64,000 nucleotides of DNA. It comes from Orbicella franksi. Its lineage: Eukaryota. The stretch covers positions 43,772,001 to 43,836,000 of the forward strand of contig OZ116698.1 in assembly GCA_964199315.1 (NCBI GenBank), read 5' to 3'. Positions 22,081-34,923 of this stretch are shown here, piece by piece. The position numbers and the translations under genes were made by a program. The notes under the pieces were generated by a model. It was given only the letters and a program-made list of their open reading frames with translations. It searched no databases and had not been told where the DNA came from. Within the stretch, counting starts at the first letter, position 1. Each line of letters starts with the position of its first letter.

Positions 22081-24969
22081 CATTATGATCGCCAAATTCT
22101 GGCGTCAAGAAGACAGTGCATAACGAGTTCCATGTGGAGCCGGAGCCCGGTCCGGAAAAAAGCACGCAAGTATAGTAGCACATGCGGAAAATTACTTTCT
22201 TGAGTTAATTATTCAGTTTGGGCGCACTGAAACAAGTTGAGCCATGGAAACAAATTTTCCACCATTTCTCGATTAAACTGGAGTGACATAGGCATTACTG
22301 GTCAGTCGTCTCTCTTGTTAACAAGGATGCCTTTTATTAAAATATCCGTCACCAGTTTTATGGACGGTTGAATGATATAGAGATTATGACTTCGTTATAT
22401 CGCAAAGGGCATGTACTGAGAGCAAAGGCCCTTTACTAAAGTCATCTGCCAGTGTTTAATACAAGACATTCCTTCTTACTGGATAGAGTCCAATTCTGTT
22501 CTGAAAATATTGATTGGTTAGAAATTAAAAACTTAACTTGAGTACAGAAATGATTTTCCAGCAACGCAGCAACTGAAAGTACGCTGTTAACTTTTCCTTT
22601 GTGAATGTAACACGTGTTTTTGCCAAGGTATAGGCCGTCATGTGAAGGTCGACACCTGAATGTTTTTTTCTTTACGTTTGGACGTACATACCGTAACGTT
22701 TCACTCAACGATACAAACTACCTTCCTCTAGCTCGACCAACCACCACATTCACAGCAACGCCTCTGTTAACTTTCCCCGTTCGTACGTGTTAAAAGTTTC
22801 AACGGGGTCGGTGATCGTCTCCTGAAGAAGCTGTGAGAATATTCCTAATATAAGACACTGGATAAACTTGGTGAAAGATTTATCGTACACTGATGAGAGA
22901 AGACACGATAATAGACTCATCCTATTCTTACAGAAGGAAAATCGCTTTAAATCAAGGCAACCAGTCAAAAGTGATAAAAAACAGCACCTGGTACTGTTAG
23001 AGACTAATCAGCTTGTCGTTGGCAAGCACTTCTATTCCTTATCTCCAGAAAAAATGAAAACAGCAATAGTTTTTAGTAGTGCATCTTTCTACAGTTTCAC
23101 CTGCGAACGACTTGTCGAGACTTGACTGACTGACTGACTGACTGACTGAGCGAATCTCGAACTGACCACTGAACCCGCACACGTATATATCGGGTACAAT
23201 ACAAGTGATATAAAGTTCCTTGAAAACTACCGTGGGCGTTTGAATAATGAGTTAGCACATTTCCTTACCATTTGTACGTCTTTTTCCTTTTGTCTTTTTC
23301 CCGAAATAGTCCAAACACATTTCAGGAAATCGGAGGCATGATGCGCCACAGAAGTGTCTAGCACTATACGTTGACGCGTGCCCCGGCGGAAAGATCTGTC
23401 TTCTTCGAGTTCCTTAATTTGATATTCTATAAAATCAAATCATTTGCAATTATTTTGAAGATCTTTTCACTAAGCACTCAGTTTTGATTCGGGCTGGCTC
23501 AGTTCTTTTCCTTTAGTCAATATTTGAGGACTGCATGCCGCAGGTACTGAGACCATCGTCACTAGCCGGTTAAAAAGCAACTCTTTAGACAGATAAGCCG
23601 GCACGTGGCTCTCCGCACGGGTATAGGGAATATATGTGGTATGCGCCTCCCATCTGCTCCCCGAATAGACACCTCTGCTCGCATGCTAACGACAGATCTT
23701 TCTAATTGCCATAACTCTGAAAATGAACATCAATTCGCATGTCTTAATTTGTGAGCAACGTTACCAGTTAAAATTTCGTTTTTCACTATTAGCTATCATC
23801 AGCAAAACGAATGTTACATGTCGATTTACAAGGGGTCTGGTATTCATGAATTAGCACTCTTATAGATACATTCCTGGTAGAACTCAGTGTGCGTGCGTTA
23901 CAAATGCGCATGTCATGGAGAGCAAACAACGGAGCACAAACCTTTTTACACCTGTGATTCCCACCTCCATGTTTAACAATGTCGGATAGTAAACTCCTGG
24001 GTCCATCATGAAAGAACAGCCTATGTGTTAGAAAGCAAGCAACGTTATTCTTCTGATAACAGAGTATTCTCAAAAATTCTAAGGTATTTACATGTACTCA
24101 GTAACTGATTTAGCGGAGATTGTTAAAACAGCCTGAAAGGATTACAGCACGGCCCACTTTCTCAGCTCCCGCCTCCCTGCCCCCAAACACGCGCCCAGTG
24201 TCTCAAAGACTGCAGCGTACTTTTTTTTTGCTGATTTCCTACAGAGAAGGAGGTCTCAGGCTCACATGCAGTGATTACAAGCTTCGAAATGGAAATAAAA
24301 AGGTTCTTTTTACTGAATCAAGGTGACCTTACTCGGTCAAAAAGAAAAACATGATGACAGGCAAAAATGAATTTCTTTGTTTCTTTGTTCTTCTCCGTTT
24401 CATTACTCTGCCTCTTACAAACGGCTATACAGCCCTTATAAAGTTATTTAACTCACACAACAGACAAAAATCGCAAAAAGAAACATGTCTCAACAAAATG
24501 TGGACACTAAATGGTGTTGCCAACAATTTTCCTCCCTTATATCACAAGAACCCAGCAAGATTCTTTGCGTCATGACGCATAGGAAGGAACTTGTGGTAAC
24601 CTTGGCCTTTAGAAATAATTCGCTAAAAGAAAGGTGGTCAGGAATCATAAGACACCTAAAGAACCCAGCGGGTTTGTTAACCACATTCTTTTGCCCTCAA
24701 TACAGTCGTCTCATCTCCGTTTATCGAAAGACTGACCAAGATTTTCTGGAACTGAAACTGAAAAAACCCGCTTGTTTCCTCGTTGTGTAACAAATGGCAA
24801 AGGCTATGCGCTTTTAAAAATCATTGATAACGTCAACATAAACGCATTTTTAGAAACTCACCACCTAGTTTTCCGTAAGTGGACGAGCATGCTAGTTTCA
24901 TCAAAGTCGATGGGTAATGTCTACATATGACGACACCCATGAAAAAGACTAGTGAAACATTAACATCAG

Positions 24970-25880
24970 TTAAATTTGTTTAAAATTTTTTTGCAAAATT
25001 CTATATATCGTGATAATAAAACAGTTTGTATCAGTAGCTCTCACAAAACCTACAGCAGTCTTTAAATACAGTTCCGTAAAGAAATTTTGAATTTCTCTGA
25101 GCCAGATTTCTGACGTGTACAATAAAAAAATCTTGACATTTCATGGAACCAAAAACACATTTTTTTTTTCTGTCACTCATTTGAAATTTCTTTGTTTGTG
25201 TCTTTCACTAGTTGTGGTTTTGTTCAATAATTCACGTGAGAGCTCAAAGCAAAAGATTGCGCTTGATCGTGCTTATTCCAATATAAACCTTGCTCTTTAG
25301 AAGTTTGCCGAGCTCGCCGGGCTTCATTTCACGCGTTTCCTTTCCGACTACTATGGCTCAATGCACATGTGGTGATAGAAGTACTTCATTGTTTAAAATT
25401 ACTAGGCTTAGAAACATACTGTATCAGAGCCAAATATTGGGGTTGCCTAATTTGACAGCGGGTTTTATAACCCAATTTCCTCCCAGATTCAATCATAATG
25501 GCCGAAAAGTCATGGGAGCGAAATAAAATCATGATTTATATTATACCACATGGCTTTCATGATATAGATAAAAAAGATATTACAAACAGTTGTTCCAGGC
25601 TGCAAAAAGCCCTCTTTTTAAGTCCTTCGATTACTCGATAGATTAACAACCCGGAGCGCTGCCAACAGAGGACTGTGCTCGTATCCATGTCGTTAGTTTT
25701 AACAGATTGAATGGAATTTCTGGAAGGGGACAACAAACGCAATTCAGGATACGTAAATTGTGAAACTAAAGTGGCTTTGTGTACAGATGGAATTTGGCAT
25801 GAACACGGACACACAAGGATCGAGAATCCCACCAGGAGCCCGTGATCGCGCCAAATTTCATCTCAAAATAAAAAAATATC
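24970..25880 (-). pseudogene. Possible heavily decayed rhodopsin-class GPCR
   Basis: Stop-riddled fragments occur in GPCR order: FFILR*NLARS (TM2-like), IYVS*IAFVVPFQKFHSIC (TM3-like), RHKQRNFK*VT (ICL3/TM6-like) and TNCFIITIYRILQKNF (TM7/helix 8-like). The similarity is weak. Confidence 0.3.
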
Positions 25881-27140
25881 CCGCAGCCATCACTAATGAG
25901 CACAATGTGAGGTCGTTTAAAATGATGTAAGAACAATAGGTATCTATGGTGTGGCCATTCACAATTTAACAATTTTTATTTCAAGCTCACTCTCGATCGC
26001 TCTGAGGACGTCTTCATTCGAAAACGTCTCAAGCACTGTTTTTTGGGTTGGTTCTGCATGACGGCAAATTGCCTTGTGTGCAATCACTGACGAAAATGTT
26101 AGCTAACCGCGATTTGAAATTCGAAAAAAGTACGCTATTTAATTTGCATTAAGTAACTCGAAATTACCAACGGAAAGTAGTAAGTTGGAAGTACTTTTGA
26201 TAACCCTGTCTGCAAAAAGTTACCTGATATCCAGAAGTTGCATGATATGGGTAAACAAAATGATTTATTATTCCTCCGTTCTGTTCGATCGTCTTTTTTA
26301 TTGTTGTTGTCAACCCCACGTATCGTACAGTTGTTTTCCATTGTTAAAAAGTTTCCTTTTGTTTGATATAATCGCTAGTCTCCAGCTGTGTAACTTGTAA
26401 CGCCTGCTAACTAATCGTGTACAACAGCTCTCTCGTATAAACTAAGTCATTAGAAGAATAACAGCAAGCGAAAGAAGTCAAGAATCCCGAATGCAAATTT
26501 AATTATGCAATTGTACTGTCGTGTTGTTCCCCAGAAGGCTAATTAATAATTTAAGGTAGCGCAGGATTGATTAGTTATTGCGCGAGCATAAATTTATAGC
26601 GGCTTGATACACCTAATAGGTTTTTTTTACAGAGCTTCCTCAAGCCCTACAGCCATTCGTAGCTGTAAACTCTGCTTTGAGGTTCTATGACTGGGTGAGT
26701 ATATTTCGTTGTTTAAAATTAACTCAATCTCAGTTGCGAGTTGAGGACAGCAGAGATATAACTTGTCATTTCACGCTGTAACAACGCAAAGGATACTCAA
26801 GAAACATGACTGAAAACGTGCCATGAAGTCGCTTAAAAAATGTTTATATTAGTAACTGGTTTAACCTGTGAACTTTGATGCTGAAGGTTTGAATTACAGA
26901 GAGATCCAGAGCAAGTCACCTATTTAATTTGGACACCAGCAAAAAATAAAATACCATTGTAAAAAAATTCTCAGTGATAATGCGCACTGCATGGTTAATT
27001 TCAGTTCAAACCAACATCGATAGGTATTAGGTACGATTAAAGATGAATTATTTATGATAACAAATTGATATTTATAAAAATGTAGATGATAGCGAGGTTT
27101 GGAGATATTTTATCTTTTATTTTCTCTTCGTTTCATTTTA

Positions 27141-27548
27141 GCGGAAGTTCAAGGTTTACGGGCTTTATTCGATGGCATAAATATAACTCTATTGCATAGC
27201 TACTGTAAAGAGAATACATAACATTAACATATGATATCGGAAAGTGAAATAATCTGAAAAGGCTAAATATACATTTTAAATTTCACTTTATTTTTACCGT
27301 AAAAGTTCCATAAATACCCAGTGTTCAGAGTATCTTTTTTTCACGGCATTAGAGGAAGTTCAGGTTCACAATCAACTCAGCTCTTTTACTCGACGACATA
27401 AATAACATTTTTTATGCCCAGCTACAGTGACGAGAATATATAACATTAACATATGACATCGGTCAGATGAAATAATCTGAAAATATACGTTTTGAAATTT
27501 AACAATATTTTTACTATAAAAATTCCATGAATACCCAGTTTTCAGAGA
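27141..27548. repeat. Old, diverged tandem duplication (2 x ~210 bp)
   Basis: Colinear shared blocks: ggaagttca(a)ggtt, agctac, gagaata(c/t)ataacattaacatatga, gaaataatctgaaaa and aatacccagt(g/t)ttcagag. Confidence 0.75.
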
Positions 27549-29659
27549 TAAATTACCTTTCTTAAAAAAATGATAGAGAAATTTACTTGAATCTGTCACC
27601 ATGGGTGACCTGAAAAGATGTTATGAATGTGCCACAAGTCAAGCCTTTTTAGAGGCCCAAGTAATAGAACAATTTCAATTTTAAAAATTTTGCGCACACT
27701 CAATCATATCTGTCATACAAACAGCTACAAGTTCACATCCTTGCGAATAAATAGCGATTGGCATTGCTGCGGAAACGTTATACCGTTACAAAGCAGCTTT
27801 CGGGTTAATCAATCCGCAAACAAAAGACTGGTTCTGTGACTAAGCCGAAAAAAAATTCAATGTTTACTTCACACATATTTAGTTCTGTTGGTATACGTAA
27901 AATATCTGTCGTCTTCAGTCATGCAGAAGAGACGATTTATATCCAGTAAGATCAAGAAACTTAGTCAGAGAAAGGTTTTTTTTTTTACGCTCTCATTCAA
28001 AATTATCGGTATACGACTCTAAATAATAAAATTACAAACACTCATAAGGCTGAAAAAAAAAATGCTAATTAATGTACAAATTTTACAAATTAAGGACAAC
28101 AGGTGCACTTTGTATATGTTTATCGACAATCTTCCATGTTTGGTCGCATTTTCATAGATCTTGGTCACCGTCTTCAACAATTTTTTTCGTTAGAATAATC
28201 ATTTTTTTCAACAGTTCCGGATGAACACAGTTTAAAGGAAAACTCTCTTTGTCACTAAAAGCCCTATTGAATATGAATTACGCTGGGCACAGTTGACAGC
28301 GCAAGTATTCAAATGAGTCTTAAAAATTATTAGGACACTCAAGTAATTTTATCCCCATCGTAATGCTGGGAGAAGGTCCCTCTCAAAGTACTTTGTGTCA
28401 TACTTAGGGGGCTATTGTTGTGGTACCGAAGAAACCGTTCAGCTCCAAGTATCATTCAAAAGAGCGACAATTTGCCAATTTATTGTGATAACCTGCTTTA
28501 TTTAGCATACATTGAAACAGCTGCAACCTCGCCGGTGACCAAAGTGACCAAAGCCCCCGCACACGAGGAAACATTGTTTACCCTGATTGTTTTCACTGAA
28601 CTCAAAGATTATACGCGCAACTTGTCGCCAGCCTGGTCACTGGGAGAAGATGCTCCCTCTACAGAAGAGAAGGGTTAGGTAAGTGTCGCTGGACGAGAGG
28701 AATCGAGCATTTTCACAGACTAACTTAGATTAATAATGTTTTTAGAGCGAGCGTGGGTGACTTAGACTGTCGAAATGAATTATTTTTTATAATAATTATT
28801 TTGGCATTTTTTTTAAAAAAAGTTAATGCATTGACGATCTAGACCCCTGGTGCTATAGCCTATTGAAATACTCTCGTTTCCTTAATAGTTGAAGGTGGAA
28901 ACAACCTTTCACTGAAACTATTCAGTTGACATATATTTGATCTCTAAATTCAGTTTACGTTTTTCGAATGATGTTCGTAGAATGGCGACCAGACTAGACC
29001 CCGTCTACGATAATGAACGTGAGCTCGTATGAGCAGTTTTCGATAGGCATTAAACGAGAGATGAAAATTAAGCGAGAGTTTATCAACTGTTAGCGAACGA
29101 TAGCCAGCGGGCAAACGAGAGAAAACTCTTGGAAACTCTCGAGAGTGCACCAGAGTTGACGAAAGCCGTCGCCGACTGAATGTACAAGAATTTCAGGCTT
29201 ACAGTGAGACTACAGTGCTTCACCCCACCCAGGATTATAAATAATCGGCAAAGGTAAATGATCAATGCTGAGGACTAGCTTTCCATCCAGTGGGAAGGTT
29301 AAAGAGGGTCTGAATGTGGTTAACTGACAACTGACAAAAGACGAAAATTTTAACTGGCAACTGACAAATCGACCTTAATCTAACTAACGACATTTTGTAG
29401 TCCGGCTTACTAACAACTGATGAGGGCATGGGACCTTAATATTCTTTTAAAATCCATTTATATAACCTTTCGGTAAATATTTGTGTTTTTAACAGAATAG
29501 TCACGCTGGAGTTCGCATATACATTAAGAAGCCTGTAACATTAATATTAAAGTATAATAATAATAATAATATTAATATTAATAATAATATTAATAATAAT
29601 ATTAATAATACAAAGACATGATCATCACAGTTATCTTTCATATATTCATTGGCAATAAC

Positions 29660-29694
<35 letters not shown>

Positions 29695-29696
<2 letters not shown>

Positions 29697-29763
29697 TCCC
29701 GGCCAAATAAGCATCAGTGAACTACAAAAGATAACCTTGCTAGGTACAGCACACACAGGATGA
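29695..29763 (+). mobile_element. Tiny C-terminal fragment of an R4/Dong-like (REL endonuclease) non-LTR retrotransposon embedded in (TAA)n
   Basis: It translates as IPGQISISELQKITLLGTAHT, matching the LQK..LLGTA.ILR C-terminal motif of R4-group elements. (TAA)n runs flank it on both sides. Confidence 0.6.
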
Positions 29764-30290
29764 TAATGATAATAATAATAATAATTTCTATATCCTAAAA
29801 CTGACTCGTCTCTGGTCGTTTCAAAGTTCCGTTGAATATTAAATCGATGGAAGAGAGAGTGTGAGCACGAGGGGTGATGGGAGGTCTCCTTCCCTCCTCT
29901 TCTTCCTTCCCATGAGCTATTTCGTGTCTTCGTGACTCCTTTACTGTCGCCCATTCAATGGACCTCTCAGACGACTGGGAAGGAGTAAGACCCTTAAGAC
30001 TGACACATGTTCAGTTTTGTCTGGGCTTGTCAGGTACGTTGACAGATCAAATAGGGTCATATTTACCTTGAACAGGTGTAATACGTCCAGTCGCGCCTAG
30101 GTATATATGTGATTGACGAGTTTAGTCATTTTTCGTTGTTTAGGCTAACAAATGTACGAGTGCTTATAGGACCTTATAGGCCACGTGCAGAGCCACGAAT
30201 TTTACAAAGTTAAGCTTGGTTCGCCTGTCTTACTACAGTAGATGTACTACACTGCGCTGTTTTATGTGTCGTCCCGGCAGACCCATTGCG

Positions 30291-30677
30291 CAGGGGCACC
30301 CAACGGATCGTTTCGGTAAATTATCTGTTCGGAAGGCCTTTAATCCCCTCTGACTTTCTTGAGAGAATTGGCACCTCGAACTTTCGTGATATGAGAAATT
30401 TAATGTCTGTTGTTTTCGGACTGTTGAAAATGTCGTTTTGGGTACCGAAAAAAGGTCAGCTATCATTTTCGGAAAGGCGATAAGACCTAAGGTTTTCGGG
30501 AAATGGACTAAAAAGCCCTAATAAATTCGAGAATACTCAAGTTCCCCTAGAATATCCGAAGAGATAAAATTTTTTTAGTGCAACCTAAAATTAACCTACA
30601 GAGCTTTAAAAGTACTCCAGATAGCGTAAAACAGCATCTAACAGCATTAGAGAGAAAACGGTCGTTGGGTGCCCCTG
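30291..30677. mobile_element. hAT-like MITE, 387 bp, 15-bp perfect TIRs, 6-bp target duplication
   Basis: The left TIR is caggggcacccaacg and the right TIR is cgttgggtgcccctg. ATTGCG lies immediately outside both ends (30285-30290 and 30678-30683). Confidence 0.8.
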
Positions 30678-33600
30678 ATTGCGTCAAGGTCGTCTGACTA
30701 AACTTGCCCAAAACAAACACCAAAAGTTGTCCTTTATTATAATGTTGCCGAGCAAAAGTTGCCAACGCTTTTAGAAGTTGCCAAAGTGTTACCAATATGA
30801 AATAATCAGAGGCAAAAAGATGTTCTAATTTAAGCAATCAGGTGGTTTAGAACGTTGAAGGTGGACGAAAAGAAGATTGAGGGCTGGAACCGTTGTCCTC
30901 TGTTTGAAAGCCGCGCAAATCTCATTCAGTGAATGCTTTTCTTGCGGAGGTTCAAAACGGGTCCTTAATCCAGCTGAAAGACAGATAATATAAGACGTCT
31001 AATCGAATGCCAATGCGTGTACTGTTTTGCTAAATTACATACTAATTTATATTGACCGTTTTAAACTGACCTAAAGACAAAGTATTACCCAAAAAGGTTG
31101 AGACGTCTTGTACGACACTAGCCTTGTAAAGATGCAATTTTTGAAAGAAGACTTGTAAAAAATAAAACGGCCATTCTTCTCAGTTTACATCAAAGTATTA
31201 AGTGTATCCTCTCAGAAGTTTCTGTCCCGATTCCACGACCAATGAACAACAAGATTTTCCTGTTAAGTTTGCCACACTATGTAAAGATAACCTAGACCAA
31301 CTGAAAGGTTATAATATGGCAAAACGGCACAGTGGAAATTTTTGCCAGACCTTGCCAATGTCAACTACTCACAGACGACTCACTTCAGGGCCCTAGCTAT
31401 ATCAGCCCTGGCCCTGAGGAGGACTAGCTCATTTGGTTTAGCTGACTTCAAGTGACGTGTGGTACGTACATTTCTCTTGAGCGAGGTTTCTGAATTGAAA
31501 AATGTATGGGTCAACGGTTTCTCTAAATTTTGTATTGTGTGGTTGTCTGTGTTCAAAATCTTTATTTTCCTTCATATCTCGTTCGTTGAAAGTTACATGT
31601 AATAAGCATTATTGTGAGCGCTAAAAGCCTCTAAAATGGCGAACAGGTGGCCCTTAAGGGAAAATTGCAGAGCTGATAGCTGGAACGCAAAGGACCGCTC
31701 TCTTCACCATATTCACCCATGCAATCACGTTCATGCAATCACTCCCACTTACATAGCCAATAGCAAATGCTATCTGAATTCACCCCCGGCGTCAGCTTGA
31801 AGTCAGTGTAGTGAAACATTTTCAATGTGCTACTTCACCACTCAAAAAACCTGCCCGTTATTTCTTTTAGTGCACCATCATTAAGCCCCGATATTGTAGA
31901 TGTTTAGGTGCCAACTTAACAAAGCAATTTCAGGTAACTTTCCTACCAACATTAGACGAGTAACACCTAGTTATCGGACGCGTACGCCTAATTTATCGCG
32001 CTACCGGTCCCGGGACCTTCGAAAATCAACGAGAATAGAACCTGTTTTAAGTTAGTTTACTCATTACTACTGAAAGATATCCAGTGAAATGTTAGGACAA
32101 TCCGTTATATATTTTGCTTTAGGTTGGCAAATGCGTTCAGTCATACCTCATGCATTTATTCGTGATTGTTCCATTGTCAGCTATTGCAAGTGCTCCATGA
32201 GCCCAGCACAAGTGCAGCCAAAACACTGACTTCAAAATAGGTAAACTGACCGGCTGCGACATCATCGTCGAATTTGCTTAGAGCAAAGAGGCATCTTCGA
32301 AAATTCAAAATGCAGGATACGGTTAATAAGTTGCGGTCGCAAAGTATCATTCGTATCTTTATGATTGAAATTCGTAGAAATCTTGGCAAATTACGCTCAA
32401 CAGTGCTCAAGTTGGTGTTCTTGCAGTGGTCTCCAATTCCCCTCAGGGCCTATATCGGAATTAAAGAAATATGAGAACTCTCCATGCAAAATTATGTTCA
32501 CGCCACCCGTAAATAGCGCGTGGAAGAATGTAAGCTCGGTTCTTTTTAGATTTTCCAATTTTTATTCAAAGAAAAGCTGCTTGATACAAACAGCAGTTCA
32601 AATGCTAAATTCACAGGCTTAATAAAGTACAAAACTGGCGTAAAAGCAAGAAAAATGAACAGGTAACAAGGAAAATTGGCACTCAATATTGATTCTCAAT
32701 AACCTCAATGCATTATGTCATGATCAGTTTTCTTCATAAAATTAAAAACATCAGCTGTTTGTTTATAAGACTCTTCTATATTATCCGATCCTTATTCAAG
32801 GCTCTTTCGACTGAGCCCCTTACTTTCAAACCAATTTTTTTTTTCAGGTGCATCCTGACCTTATTTTAACCGCTTTTAACAACCTGTTACCGACAAAGAA
32901 TTCTTCATATCAAAATTAGGTTACGGTAAATGGATATTTTTTTTTAGTTTTTCATAAAACATGCAACCAAGAACGTCACATTTCTCGTTGACCGTACGCA
33001 TGAAAATGGATGGACAGAGTCCTAATCCTGTTAGAAAGGAAAAAAAATTATAGGTTTGGTCTGAAAGAAAATATACTGTGTCAGTCTTGTACAAAAATAA
33101 TAAATTGAATTAAGACAAAGCACGGGAGAAAGAGCTCCTATTGGATAATGTTGAAATAAACTTGCCTCTGGTATTATATTCTGCTATTTTGTCTACGTCT
33201 TGATTAATAATGAAAGTTATCTAATGGCAATAACAGGTGTAGATATCTATTACGGCTGGTGCCTTTTTGAAAAAAACGATATTGATACGGGACCTCGGCG
33301 GCTACCTGTCCAGCGACATTATTTTGGCTATTCTCCTACGTCCACGTGCCACAAAAGAGCCACTTGCCCGTGCCACACTTTGCAATCAATCTGCTCTGCT
33401 CGAGGCGCGCGCCAGCTAGCGGGGCACGTTCACCAGTTTATCTTTTGGCCTGGTTTGCACTGATGCAGTTAACGGCTCTTCTGACACACTGATTGTATTG
33501 AGGTAACGCGATAAATCGATGACAACAGTTAAATCAGTACAGTGTAAGTTTGTTACGGTAATTCGTAGCGAGAGCGCGTTCTTTAGGGATGTTAGCAACA

Positions 33601-34923
33601 GCATCTGTCGATAAGGCTTAATTGTATAGGTTATTCATGGCTACTGAACAGTGGAGAATTAATTAATAACTTTACTCAGAGACATAAAGTAAACTGACAT
33701 TGTTCCAAGTAGGACACACTTCTTATTCTGGCGCAGAACAGTTGACCTCTCTCGCTTTAGGCGGTAAGTTTAAGTCACATGGTTTTTTTTAGATAACTTG
33801 ACCCAGTAGACTTGACCTCCTTTACATTAGTCCGCACGCGTCATGCCCCCAGGTAGAAGTCGCGTCGGTCGGTAATGTCCTCTACGCGGCCCTATCCTGG
33901 TACTCACAAAGCCAATTAAGCCGAGCGGCTGCGGTTTAATCCGAGTTTTGACTGAGTAGCGGCAGCAACACAGATAGGATTATAAACTCCAGTAGCGTAT
34001 ATAAATGTGGAGATGGCTAAGATTGATAGCAAACCTGGCTATGAATCCATGGTCTAAAAAAAGCAGTTAATAGCCTCTTACCGTTTATTTTACACAATAA
34101 ACTGTTAAAAAAAACCAAAAAAAAACAGAACCTGTGCACAGGTTCGAAATCAGAGAGAAGAGCATGTCAAAAAACTCACGTTTAATTTCGCCATTTATCC
34201 GGTACGTTTACCCGCATATTCTCATTTGTCGAATTAAATAACTCTTTCAAGCAGGTCAACTTATTACGAATTCATCAGCAAATAGCGAGAATCTTAAAGG
34301 AATATAAGCTATATTAATTTTCGCGCCGCTTAAATGACGTCACCACGTTATTTTTCCCTTGGAAAATCGCATTATCTACATTTACCAATATCGTAGCTTT
34401 TGTAAATGTTAAAGGTCTTGTATTCGTTTCCTCTCGCATGAACATCTTTCTTCTCTGATGATTATTACTTTTTTAATCTCTTCTCCGCGCGCATATTTGC
34501 TATCGAGACGGGGGACATATTTACGAAACCTTCCATTTTGCGAATAAAATAAATTCATTATTTTATAAATTACAATGCTAAATAGATAGGGCATTTGATC
34601 CTGAAACCCACAGGCTACAATCAACGTATTTAACACCTTTCAAAGACCATGCTTTGTGCACATGGCGATTCGCCATTGGCGCAGTGTTTAATACAATACA
34701 ACCGATCTTCTCCGGCCCGGTTTTTTTTGAAGCCCAAATATCGTAACAGGTAATGGCCCGATTTGATTTAAAGATATATTCTCAGTCCTTTTGTAAATAA
34801 TGCCACACCTGGCCTGTTTTTAATTTGCGGCGAGAATTGATATAAAAAAATTTATATATATAAAGCCGCGCGCATGTACCGCTTGACAAATTAATTTTGA
34901 TCTTTCTTTTTAGTCATCGAATT

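Noticed and set aside
23789-24790. Several 70-100-aa ORFs with protein-like stretches
   Set aside because: There are no recognisable motifs, no consistent splice sites, and frequent stops in adjoining frames.
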